Shown here: positions 24,988 to 36,992 of the stretch, in pieces
Position numbering within the stretch: position 1 is the stretch's first letter
Layout: each line of letters begins with the position of its first letter
Assembly: GCA_002269645.1 (NCBI GenBank)
Contig: NIVC01002637.1
Location: 1-64,000 of the forward strand
Length of the DNA: 64,000 nucleotides
Reading direction: 5' to 3'
DNA from: Macrostomum lignano
Lineage: Eukaryota
Program-made: the position numbers and the translations under genes
The notes under the pieces: model-generated
Database searches by the model: none
The model's input: the letters and a program-made list of their open reading frames with translations, nothing else
What the model was told of the DNA's origin: nothing

Positions 24988-27145
24988 ACCCTGAATGCAA
25001 TTTTGCATTTTAGCACTAGCAAAAAATCTAGAGACTTCTCTGCTTAGACCTTATATTTGGCAATTAGTGCTCAGCCTAGAGACTATGCTATGTCCTTGCC
25101 TCTATGGCTCTATTCTTAGGTCTATTGCTAAGGTGTGGTCTGTGGAGACTATGGAGTATGGCTCATGGCTTATGACGAACTAGGGGCCTATCTTTGTGTG
25201 CCACTGTCATTGGCATAGGGCCTAGCATATAGTAGGCCTAGCTAGTTATAGACCTAGGCCTAGTCAATGGACTGTTATCACTGTACTCGTAATCCCCTAA
25301 TGTAGCTAGTTATGCTAGGGCCTATTTTGGCCTTGGGGCAAGGCCTACCCTACTATTACTACTTTTTGCTGCGTATCTTGTATTTAACTGAGCGGTACCA
25401 CACCAGTTTTGATTGTGGACAGCTAGGCCTATAACTTGAAGATGATAAAAAATTATTCCTCTCTTTCAGTCTTTCTTAGTCCTGGCTTAAATATTTATTT
25501 ACACATCTGGCTTTAAAACATTAACACATTAACACAATACTAGGCTTTGGCAAGGTCTAGGGGCCTATTGTAGCATAAAAACCAGACATGCCAGAGCCAG
25601 ATTGCCCTAGCCCTGCAACTTGGCATCGTGACGACGTACCCACGTAAAGCTGTCGGCAAATTCATAAATAGAGCATGATCGATGATCGATCGGCAAAAAT
25701 ATCAGAAGTTCTTTAAATTAAAATTGCACAGAAGCTTACTTTAAAGAAACAAATGTTCAAAACTAATAGGTTTTAAAAAAAAATTTAAGTACCACCGCCT
25801 GAACTTTGTTTCTACCAGTTTAAAAAAAGTAATATAACTAGAAACTATTTTCAGTAATTTTAGTCTTTCCGATAACTTCTGCCAGAGAGGCCTATACGCT
25901 TCTACAGCCTCCGAGCCTCGCGCCGTCGGAGTTGCGGAAGCCGGTTTTGGACCCTATTGCTTCATCGGTGCATCCTCCAGAGAGCCCTAAAAGTTAGGCC
26001 ACTGGCCCGCGGGTCCCACAGCCAGCTGGCCGCCTGCAGACCCCTAATTTCTCTCTCAGGAGGGATATTTTTGCACTGTGTAAGTGTCACTTAGATGCTG
26101 CACCCTCAGTTCGCGGGCCATCAGTAGTAATTTTTTACATGTTTTGGGCCCCGACTATAGGCTCCCATCCGGAATAATTAAGACGCATTCATTCACTGCT
26201 CTACCAAAAAACTGACTTCACTGTTTCTCACCGCCACGATACTACATATGTATACTGATCCATACACTGTTGATAAGATTTTGCATGTACACTCATGTAC
26301 TTGTTGGTAGTGTGTTTTTTCATGCAGCTATAAGTCGCTCTAGCCGCGTAATGCGCGCCATACAGTTAAAGTAGCATCGGAGTGTAAATGTAATGAGAGC
26401 CGTAAATACATGTTTTTTCTTAGTTTAATTAATCCTAATGTACATGTACACTTGTAGTTTATGTACTTGCCATAAGGGCTAAGATGCGGAGCCTTCTCTC
26501 TCTCCAATTATTACCGCGTAGTACACTACGTATATTCTTAGCGTGACTTGTAACTTTCAGTGACGACATATAAACGACACAGTCCGTGAATGGTAAGCAA
26601 CGCTTAGCTATTAACCAAACAGCGCACTGCTCTTACTTCTTGTAGAGAATCATGCAAATCACTGCTGACATAACCAAATCATATATACGCTCGTATATTG
26701 ATTGATTAAGAGTTAAGACGATGTCCGACAGCATCTCGTTTTAGCTTAAAGTTTAGCTACTACAGTAAGGCCGTATATTACAGGTTTTAGTTGACAAAAT
26801 TGAGAGACAAAAATATTCTGCTTGCATACATTCAGTACTGCATTTGAGTACATGTTCAATACAAATTATTACATATGTGTATTCAACGCAGTATCCAAAA
26901 AGTGGATCATAAATTAGTATTTCAGAGTCTTACCAATAATACAATTTTTACAGCTCTACAGTTATTCACTGCACCACAAAATTGACATCAAGGCGACTTG
27001 CAAAAACATTCTCGGCATTTCATGCAGCCTGCATTGCTCCAAACTGTAAAAGCTGGCATCTGAGGATATTTAAAGGCATTTTCACATCAATTTAAATGAA
27101 AGGCACGGCATGGATGCGGTAATAAATAAAATTCGTTTCTTTATC

Positions 27146-30100
27146 TCATTTGTAAATCTTAGCAATATTTCGCCGGGCCAGTTCCGGCTCCTCGGAGCTG
27201 AACACCAGGCCGAAGTCCTGCCTGGTGACCAGGTGCTGCTCGGCCACCGGCAGGCGGCTCCGGAAGCGAATCGCCACCTCGCTGGACAGGCAGACGGCCT
27301 CGCGCCACAGGCTGGGCTTCAGCGCGGCAAGCACGGAGGTCTGGCAGCCCCAGGCCGGGTAGGCGTTGAACTCCAGCAGGTAGACTCGGAGCTCGTCGTC
27401 AATCAGAAAGTCGACGCCGAGGATGCGAAACGCGTTGCTCGGACAGTCGCGATCGTCGAGGAAGTAGCGGAACACGGCCGACACGTAGCCCAGCAGGGCG
27501 CCGATCTTCGGGTACAGCTCCCGCTTGGCCCAGTCGCGATCCCGCAGCCGGTGCCGCTTGTTGAAGTAGTCATTGAGCTCGTCCGGAAACCAGGTGGTGA
27601 CCTCCTTGAGCTGGCCGAACGTCCTTGTCTGCTTGGCCTGCACGCTCTGGTTGGTGAGGTGGACGGCCAGGTCCGGCGAGGCGGCATTGTAGGGCAGCGA
27701 GCTGAGCCGCACGAAGCCCGGGTGCATGAACACAAAGTAGCCCATCTCGCAGTCTGCAAAAAGTTATTTACAAGCGATTATTGGTTTCAAAGTACATGCA
27801 ATGCAAATACGCTCGTAGTTAAATTCATCGGTAATGCTACAGAATCTACTTTGCTGTGTATTGAGATTTCTCGAAATGATGCAACCCGAGTTTACACAGC
27901 TCAGCAGTGCATGCGGGGGCGTCACCATGGATTTTTTGGTGGTGTACATTTTTTCCAGAATAGGCGTTGTCAGCGCTCATTTGGTGCCGCAGACACTCAT
28001 TTTGGCGCCGCAGGCACTCATTTGGGCGCCGCAGGCACTCATTTTGGCGCCGCAGACACTCATTTTGGCGCCACAGGCACTATATTTTGTCGCCCTGAAG
28101 CAAAGTTATTGATTTCCATAATGGGTCACGAGGTTTGGTGGGGGGGGACAAAGCACTGGCATGTCCGTCCCCCCTGCCCTCGGTGCATGGCGACGCCCTT
28201 TGAGTGCATGCACACGAAACTCCACAAAATTTTTCGATATTTTGCTCCAAAAATTTAAGTCCCATTCACACCATTTAAATAGCTCGTATAAGGTTGATTT
28301 TGCGTGATGTACATACGTACATGTACTTTCGTCCCTTTGTAAATCAATCATGCGCTTTTCGATGGCTCTATTGATGACGGTGTGAACGCGAGTTCGCATC
28401 CATTCCGAAAGTATCTCTGGTCTCATCATCAGCCTTGAGGGAAGTACAGACTAAAAATATAGAGTCGGTTAAAAAATACCCAGCACTTAACCTAATGAGC
28501 GTCTCACAGATTAATGCCAATCCAACAAGCAATATATTTTCTGTGCGGAACAGGCCAGTAAATTTCTACCATGGCAGACACACAGGATGGCAATGAAATT
28601 TCAGGAGCATTTTAACGCTAAAAGATAGAGGCTTCAGACTGGGCACTCAGCACTCACCCTCAGTGCAGCCAGATGGATCGGTCCTGGCCCGCTTGGGATT
28701 GACCACCAGCATGTAGACTCTCAGGTCGAACTTGCGCTTGTCGGCCACCAGCGGCCGCTCAATGTACTGCTGCATAATAACCTGAGCGCTGGACATCTTC
28801 TGAAACTCGCTGTTGGTCAAAAAGTTGAGCAGGTCTTCCCGGACGTGGTCCCGTCTGATCTTAACCAGCTGCATCTTGTCGCCCATGCTGCCGCTGAAAT
28901 TGACGGCGCTTAGCCACGGGTAGAGCGCAAACTCTCGTGACTTGGATGCTTTATCAGATTCAGGCTTGGTGCTTAGAGGCGGGCAGTGCTGCCGATAAGT
29001 GCGTGTCTACTGCACCCAAACGCTGCACTAAAGCCAAATACGAGCGTAACTAATCCACTAAAGTGCCCCAGCTCCCGTTGAGGATTTTTTACTTGCCCTC
29101 AGCCAGTTTGCAAAAGCATCATGGAAAAAATTGCCAACTACTCAAGTCAGAAGCATGCTTAGCAGAGTTTTTTGTGACAAAATGTTTAGTTCGCTGGGAA
29201 CGTGAATAACGACAGGGCTCTTACCCGACTGGTTTAGCCAGATATCTGCCTGGATGAACGGCTGAAATGTAAATAACGAGTGTTGAGAGCACTCATGCAG
29301 AAGAATGGTAGCAAATATTGAGAGCTGTGAAGTATTCTTTCTTTTCTGAACAATATTACAATAATTGTTCTATGATCTTAATACTTTTTCCTCAAAAGTA
29401 GGGCCGCGCTAAACAGAAATAAAGTGCCGAGTCCTGCGAGCCTTGATTACCTAGCACAGACTCCAGATTCGGATTTGCCATGCAAACTGTAAACGGCGTG
29501 AACTCCTCGTGGCTGAAGACGGCACCGGATCCAGTGAGGAAGCTGGTGCCCCGCTGTCGCATTTGTTCCTCTGCGTGGCGCAATGAGATCACCAGGCGCC
29601 ACTTGCTGCACATCTGGTACATCCGGTTGGTGTACGGCCGGAGTGTCAGGTAGCTTGGACCGTCTGATGGCGGAGAGGGACAGGTGCGAGGCTGAGTCAA
29701 GTAGTTGGGACACCAGCTGATAGCGGAGAGGGACAGGTGCGAGGCTGGGTCAGGTAGTTGGGACATCAGCTGATAGCGAAAAGGGACAGGTGCGAGGCTG
29801 GGTCAAGTAGTTGGGACACCAGCTGATAGCGGAGAGGGACAGGTGCGAGGCTGGGTCAGGTAGTTGGGACACCAGCTGATAGCGAAGAGGGACAGGTGCA
29901 AGGCTGGATCAGGTAGTTAGGACACCAGCTGATAGCGGAGAGGGACAGGTGCAAGGCTGGATCAGGTAGTTGGGACACCAGCTGAGATCGAGACAGAAGG
30001 AAGAGCCACTCACATAGCAGGGGGTGGCTGTTTCCTGTACTGGTAATAAGAATGCTCAGCTTTCGCCCATTTGCAGCAATCTTTGCGTCCGCGATGTTCT

Positions 30101-33100
30101 CTTGGATTTTTTTGAAGCCGAGACATTCAATGGGTTTATGAATTCTGCGGGAGTAGGGCGGGAAGCTTTTGCTGTACAAATTCACTTACATGTAGTCATT
30201 TGTACCGATCTATAACCAACCCAAAAAACGATCTGGGTTATTCTAACCGACCCCCACTGCCGGAAGTCCCGCGCTGCAGGTTCCCGTCCCTCACTTCATT
30301 TGTGAGTGCCTCACCTTTACTCAGGACAGGCTCACCAGGGGAGTACGAGATCTGCTAGCAGGAAATCTGCTAGCCGAAGTTTGCTAGCCGAAATCTGCTA
30401 GCCGAAATCTGCTAGACGAAATCTGCTAGACGAAATCTGCTAGACGAAATCTGCTAGACGAAATCTGCTAGACGAAATCTGCTAGCCGAAGTTTGCTAGC
30501 CGAAATCTGCTAGACGAAATCTGCTAGACGAAATCTGCTAGACGAAATCTGCTAGACGAAATCTGCTAGACGAAATCTGCTAGACGAAATCTGCTAGACG
30601 AAATCTGCTAGACGAAATCTGCTAGACGAAATCTGCTAGACGAAATCTGCTAGACGAAATCTGCTAGACGAAATTTGCTAGCCGGAATTCGCTTGCCGAA
30701 ATCTGCTAGCCGAAATCTGCTAGCCTTTGATTTGTACGAGTAAATATATAACTTATACTGCCACTGCAAGCTATTTAGACTGAAAGTTGTTCGTAGATAT
30801 GTTTAAATTTAACTACGTGAACTACCTGCTTTTAGCGCTAAAACATTATCAATGTCTAAAAAAGATTATCTACGAAAGCACAGTTTTCACTGTTACCACG
30901 AATCACATATCACTGAATGCGTAAAAATATTACATAAAAATTTAATTTGCATATTGCATGTAATCATGCACAGCTAATTCAACTAGATAAACTTTGCTGG
31001 GAACACAGCTGGAAAGTCAGCATCAAAAACAGCAATTACATGTGTATTCTTTACATGTATTTTATGCTTCTATAAAATATGAGGTAGGAAAAAATTTTTA
31101 AATGATTTTGTCGATTTCCAAGTACTTTAGCATACAGTAACACACAGTTGGTGTACAGTATCTATAGCTAGATACATGTATGTCCAAAGTACAATTTACT
31201 ATAGCTGTATGTATCGTAAATGTATACATGTAGATATTTTCCATCGATTACGGTACACTGTACATAGTAAAAACTCTAAAGTAAAGTAATTAGAGCAATT
31301 AAACGCAAATTTATTTGTCCGGCATTAATACGTCCTGCAAAGTTTCTTGCGAAATCGGACAAGAAGAATTGTCTCTAGCAAATTGCAACTTCGTAAATTG
31401 CTGCTCGCCGGTTTTGGTTAGCAAAATTCCTGCTAGCAGATTTCGGCTAGCGGATTTCGGCTAGCAGATTTCGTCTAGCAGATTTCCTGCTAGCAAATTT
31501 CATAGACCCGCTCACCAGCTCCAGTCACACACTGAGGACTATCACCAGCCCCAGTCACACACTGAGGACTATCACCAGCTCCAGTCACACACTGAGGACT
31601 ATCACCAGCCCCAGTCACACACTGAGGACTATCACCAGCTCCAGTCACACACTGAGGACAATCACCAGCTCCAGTCACACACTGAGGACAATCACCAGCT
31701 CCAGTCACACACTGAGGACAATCACCAGCTCCAGTCAAACACTGAGGACAATCACCAGCTCCAGTAACACACTGAGGACAATCACCAGCTCCAGTCACAC
31801 ACTGAGGACAATCACCAGCTCCAGTCACACACTGAGGACTATCACCAGCTCCAGTCACACACTGAGGACAATCACCAGCTCCAGTCAAACACTGAGGACA
31901 ATCACCAGCTCCAGTCAAACACTGAGGACAATCACCAGCTCCAGTCACACACTGAGGACTATCACCAACTCCAGTCACACACTGAGGACAATCACCAGCT
32001 CCAGTCACACACTGAGGACTATCACCAGCTCCAGTCACACACTGAGGACTATCGCCAGCAGCCCCCAATCACACACTGAGGACTATCGCCAGCCCCCAAT
32101 CACACACTGAGGACAATCACCAGCTCCAGTCACACACTGAGGACAATCACCAGCTCTAGTCACACACTGAGGACAATCACCAGCTCCAGTCACACACTGA
32201 GGACTATCACCAGCCCCAGTCACACATTGAGGACAATCACCAGCTCCAGTCACACACTGAGGACTATCACCAGCCCCATTCACACACTGAGGACTATCAC
32301 CAGCTCCAGTCACACACTGAGGACTATCACCAGCTCCAGTCACACACTGAGGACTATCACCAGCTCCAGTCACACACTGAGGACTATCGCCAGCCCCCAA
32401 ACACACACTGAGGACTATCGCCAGCCCCATTCACACACTGAGGACTATCACCAGCTCCAGTCACACACTGAGGACAATCACCAGCTCCAGTCACACACTG
32501 AGGACTATCACCAGCCCCAGTCACATATTGAGGACAATCACCAGCTCCAGTCACACACTGAGGACAATCACCAGCCCCATTCACACACTGAGGACTATCA
32601 CCAGCTCCAGTCACACACTGAGGACTATCGCCAGCCCCCAAACACACACTGAGGACTATCGCCAGCCCCCAATCACACACTGAGGACTATCGCCAGCCCC
32701 CAATCACACACTGAGGACTATCGCCAGCCCCCAATCACACACTGAGGACTATCACCAGCTCCAGTCACACACTGAGGACTATCACCAGCCCCAGTCACAC
32801 ACTGAGGACTATCACCAGCTCCAGTCACACACTGAGGACTATCGCCAGCAGCCCCCAATCACACACTGAGGACTATCGCCAGCCCCCAATCACACACTGA
32901 GGACAATCACCAGCTCCAGTCACACACTGAGGACAATCACCAGCTCCAGTCACACACTGAGGACTATCGCCAGCCCCCAAACACACACTGAGGACTATCG
33001 CCAGCCCCCAAACACACACTGAGGACTATCACCAGCCCCCAATCACACACTGAGGACCATCACCAATCCCACCAAACACTCGTACGAGTGTACTATGGCC

Positions 33101-33472
33101 CAAAAAATCTAAGCAAGATCTTATTTAGTTTTTCACCATTACCAGTTACAGTGTGAGGGCCGTAACTAGGCTCTCATCTTGCAAATATTGATCTAATATA
33201 GAAATTAAACTACAGAAATCAAAGATTCAATCGTCTCAGCCGCAGACTCACGCGTTTGCATTCATGCCTACAACAGTGCCGGAGGCGACTTGCTGCCGCA
33301 GGGCCACTGTGTAGCCAACCTGGTCTTCGTAGGTGCAGCGGAACAGCGCGCTCCGACCAGCCAGTTGGTAGGGCAGCGACAGAATTGTCGGCTTCTCAGG
33401 TGAGCAGTTCGCCTTCAACTGGTCCCGACTATCTCCAGCCGCTGTTACGGTTCCGCCATTGGCTACTGCCAT
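27146..33472 (-). CDS. TTLL10: Tubulin-tyrosine-ligase-like protein, TTLL10-like (polyglycylase family), 486 aa; exons 33472-33252, 30171-30014, 29663-29451, 29249-29225, 28893-28658, 27753-27146
   Basis: YLAKPVG|GSMG, IMQQYIERPLVADKRKFDLRVYML, GFVRLSSLPY, HLTNQSVQ, FRILGVDFLIDDELRVYLLEFNAYP. Six exons with matching phases (2,1,1,2,1) sum to 1461 nt = 487 codons. The TTL family call is secure; the TTLL10 subfamily call rests on recalled motif similarity. Confidence 0.82.
27914..28202. mobile_element. 289-bp hAT-type MITE in TTLL last intron
   Basis: 8-bp TSD AGTGCATG at 27906-27913 and 28203-28210; imperfect TIRs CGGGGGCGTCACCATG / rc CAAAGGGCGTCGCCATG; internal 21-bp repeats CACTCATTTTGGCGCCGCAG. 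Confidence 0.8.
29645..29985. repeat. 53-bp tandem repeat duplicating the TTLL intron-2 3' splice site and exon-3 start
   Basis: Minus-strand unit CCTGTCCCTCTCCGCTATCAG|CTGGTGTCCCAACTACCTGACCCAGCCTCGCA versus real junction CCTGTCCCTCTCCGCCATCAG|ACGGTCCAAGCTACCTGACAC. Confidence 0.93.
30339..31509. mobile_element. 1171-bp non-autonomous Mutator/foldback-like element in TTLL intron 1
   Basis: 9-bp TSD GCTCACCAG at 30330-30338 and 31510-31518; GGG..CCC termini matching 30/35 as inverted repeats; arms built from 14-bp GAAATCTGCTAG(A/C)C units (about 26 left, about 6 inverted right). Confidence 0.88.
31510..33065. repeat. 30-bp minisatellite (~50 copies) in TTLL intron 1
   Basis: CCAGCTCCAGTCACACACTGAGGAC(T/A)ATCA units. 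Confidence 0.96.
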
Positions 33473-34104
33473 TTTGTTGGGCTGGGATCTGACTGGCACT
33501 GACCTGAATTTATGGTGCCACGCAAGCAAGTCTGAAGTTGTTATTGTTCATTCTGAAACATTTTAAGCTAGATATTTCTAATTTCAGTCTTTATACCACC
33601 AGTGGCATTGAACATCGCTCTAGCAGGAAGTTGGACCACAGACAGTTAAGTGGTTAATGGGCTTGGGTTACTAAAAGCTTGGCCTAACCATATATCTCTA
33701 TACCATTTTAGTGTAATTTAGCTCGTATATTTCAACTGACCTACATAAATCCTTTTATGGCCTAGGCCAATCAAATACCAAGCTTCATCCAGAAGATAAC
33801 GCATGGGGGTGGGGTAAGGTGCCTCTTATCATAGCATTTCCATACAAATGGCAACAACAATAGCTTAAATAGGCACAGCAGCGAGGCTGATTGGCTGTGC
33901 TCAATTCGCATATCACAGTCATTATTTGCAGGTTGGCGTGCTCACCTGGCATAAAAACTGTCCAGCCTTGGCGCTTGTTGGAATCCCGAGACGAATTCTC
34001 CTCAGCAATGCTTCTGTGCCAAGTGGTCTACAGTTTTTTGTTGTAAGTCATTCATGCTTTCGGTATTTTGAGTTGACTTTCTGGAGCTCACTCTAACTTC
34101 TGAG

Positions 34105-34755
34105 CTCACTCCGAATCTCCCACTCCGAATCTCCCCCACCGAATCTTCCCACTTTGAATATCAAATTCCGAATCTTCCCACTTTGAATCTCAAATTCCGA
34201 ATTTCCCCACTCCAAATCACCACACCCGAATCTCCCTATTCCGAATCTTCCTTCTCCGAATCTTCCCACTCCGAATCTTCCCACTCCGAATCTTCCCACT
34301 CCGAATCTTCCCACTCCGAATCTTCCCACTCCGAATCTTCTCATTCCGAATCTCAAATTCCAAATCTCCCCACTCCGAATCTCCCCACACGAATCTCCCA
34401 CTGCGAATCTCCTCCACCGAATCTCCCCACCGAATCTCCCCCACCGAATCTCCCCCACCGAATCTCCCCCACCGAATCTCCCCCACCGAATCTCCCATTC
34501 CGAATCTCCACACTCCGAATCTCCACACTCCGAATCTTCCCACTCAGAATCTTCTCACTCCGAATCTCCCCACACCAAATCTTGGTGATCCCCCATGAAG
34601 ATTTCCCACTCCGAATCTCGCCACCGAATCTTGGTGATTCCCTATGGAGATGGAGATTCCCCACTCCGAATCTCCCCATCCCGAATCTCCCCACCCCGAA
34701 TCTCCCGATTCCCAATCTTTCCACTCCGAATCTTCCTACTCCGAATCTCCCCATT
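34105..34755. repeat. ~15-bp minisatellite (CCGAATCTCCCCACT)
   Basis: Direct reading. Confidence 0.92.
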
Positions 34756-35524
34756 CTAGACTCTGATGAGTATAGAAGATGCAGAATGCAAAACTAGGTG
34801 TCTGATTGACGCACATGGAAGGAATTTGTAGGCAACTATTGGCTTCAAACACTCGGCATTTCTGAGCAATTCTCTCTTTTAGTGAAGGAACTTACAGTAT
34901 TTCGCAATGGTAGCAGCGGAAATATGTAAATATTGACAAAGTATCTAGGAATCGAAGTCAAACAAAGCACTAGCCACTGGAGCAGGCAGCTGGGTATCTT
35001 ATTTCATTGCTTGCACTCAACCATCAACGGGAGGCCTCGGGCAACAATCCAGCTGAGTCGCTTCTTGAGTTCACATTTGCTATTCAAACAGATGACTCTG
35101 CTAGAGAGGACTCGCCCTGGGGGGATTCCTTGTGGCAGGCCTCTTTGTTGCATTAACGACCATTAATGAGTTGGCTTTGATGCATGCTAGCTATTGGCAG
35201 AAAATTTTGTTTTAATGAAAATTATCGAAGACATGGCACTTAGTGCGATAAGTTACAGTAATGATTCGGTATAACTAGTCACTATGCTTAACTCTCAGTA
35301 TACTCATAATAGCATGACATTATAATGCAGCTAAACTGCTAAATATTTATACTGCCAAGTTCTTAAGGAACGAGCTCATGACAGTTGGTGGGGGGAGTCA
35401 AGCCATGTAGGAACTATGAAACTATGACCTGCAATTAAGTGACAACCGGAATTTCCTACAAATACTTTTCAATACTATGAAGTTGTGAAAATGAAAGGTG
35501 CTCTGAAGAATCCGATAAGAGTTG

Positions 35525-35720
35525 ATCCTCACTCAGAATCTCAATCTTACAGAATCTCACAAACCTCACAGAACCTCAAATAATCTCGTAGATTCTCATA
35601 AAATTTCACAGAATCTCACAGAATATCACAGAATCTCACAGAATCTCACAGAATCTCACGGAATCTCACAGAATCTCACGGAATCTCACGGAATCTCACA
35701 GAATCTCACAGAATCTCACT
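35525..35720. repeat. 10-bp tandem repeat (CAGAATCTCA)
   Basis: Direct reading. Confidence 0.88.
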
Positions 35721-36083
35721 CTCAATTTTCTAAGAAAATTGCGCAACAGACTCGACTCGACTTTGCAGGCGCTCCGAGCTGCCTTCCCTTGCTCATAGGA
35801 CACACAAGCCGCTCTTGGATTAGGACACTCTTGACTCATAGCACTTGACTCTTGGCGACTCCTATCATAGGCTCATAGTGTTGAGCCCTTGGGGAACCGG
35901 TGTCCGGTGTCAGCCAGCAGGCAGTCGAAGAAACGCCGAATGCGCGCCTGTACGACCGGTAGGGTGCCTGCAACGTCAGCAGAGCACCTCCCTATAGTGG
36001 GCTTTGGGCTAAGTGGTAGACAACAATAATATGGCTCCTCATCCAAACGTCTCCGCGATCCTCAACCATGCAGCTTCGCTCAG

Positions 36084-36992
36084 CGGGAGCTTGTAGCAGC
36101 CAGCAGCCAGCGGGTGTCCTTCCGAGCCGTGCCAACCGCGCTGCCAGCCGCTGTCCGCAACGCCACCGCCGGCGTCCGCCTGATGACGGGCGCGTCAGCC
36201 CCGGCCAGCTGCCAGGTCGAGTGCGCCGCCGACCCGGACTGTCGGGTGGCTCAACACGTCGCGCCGCACTGCTGGCTGGGCAACTCGACAGCCTGGTCTG
36301 CCGGCTGGGTCGCCCAGCCCGGTGCCGTCAGCCACCTCAAGCTGGCTGTGGACGACGGGGACACGCAGCTGCTGCTCGGCTTTGACCAACGATTTCTAAC
36401 AGGCCACTCGATCACCAATTCAACGGATGTGAAGTACGTCGGCGTAGATCAGATCGACGGCGTCGGGCTGAACTTTCTCGGCAAGTTCAGCTCTTACATT
36501 GACTTGCTCGGTCTGGGCACCTTTCTGGCCGCTCCGCCGCAGAATCTGACCTTCTTTGTCAAGGTGCAGCGAGCCTACCCGGACTCAGCTAGCAACAACC
36601 GGGCGTTCTTCAGCGTCTACAACTTGGCCAAGGGGCCGTCGGTCGATCGACCCGGTTTCTTCTACGAGAACTCCGGCATTGTGCACTTCTACTTCGTCTG
36701 GCCCTGCTCGTTCCGTTCTAAAGAGAGCGTGATGCCCATTGGCACTAGCGAGCAGTCGGTGTCGCTCGCTTTCGTGCTGAACGGCTGCAACGGAGCCAGG
36801 CTGTTCGTGTCCGGCGCTGAGCAGGAGGTCACTTCCAACGCGCGGGGAACCTCGGCTTACACGCCAGACGCCATTCGGCTGGGCTACGCTATTGCCGAGG
36901 GCAACACGTTCAACGGAGTGTTCCAGTGCTTCGCCATAGTAAAACGGGCGATGACCGCTGAGGAGATCCGCGCGATGGACGGCGTCTGCTGA
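36084..36992 (+). CDS. PAN/Apple-like + concanavalin A-like (LamG/pentraxin-type) domain protein; 5' end uncertain
   Basis: GC-rich open frame; CQVECAADPDC..HCWLG (PAN-like cysteine spacing); C-terminal ARLFVSG..IRLG..FNGVFQCFAIVKRAMTAEEIRAM typical of LamG-3 folds. No in-frame ATG before the PAN-like domain; candidate acceptor CTCAG at 36083. Confidence 0.65.
   Translation, partial: RELVAASSQRVSFRAVPTALPAAVRNATAGVRLMTGASAPASCQVECAADPDCRVAQHVAPHCWLGNSTAWSAGWVAQPGAVSHLKLAVDDGDTQLLLGFDQRFLTGHSITNSTDVKYVGVDQIDGVGLNFLGKFSSYIDLLGLGTFLAAPPQNLTFFVKVQRAYPDSASNNRAFFSVYNLAKGPSVDRPGFFYENSGIVHFYFVWPCSFRSKESVMPIGTSEQSVSLAFVLNGCNGARLFVSGAEQEVTSNARGTSAYTPDAIRLGYAIAEGNTFNGVFQCFAIVKRAMTAEEIRAMDGVC

Noticed and set aside
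28894-29006. Reading exon 5 from further upstream (WLSAVNFSG) implying loss of the TTL catalytic lysine
   Set aside because: It is phase-incompatible with exon 3; the 25-nt microexon restores K-P and all phases.
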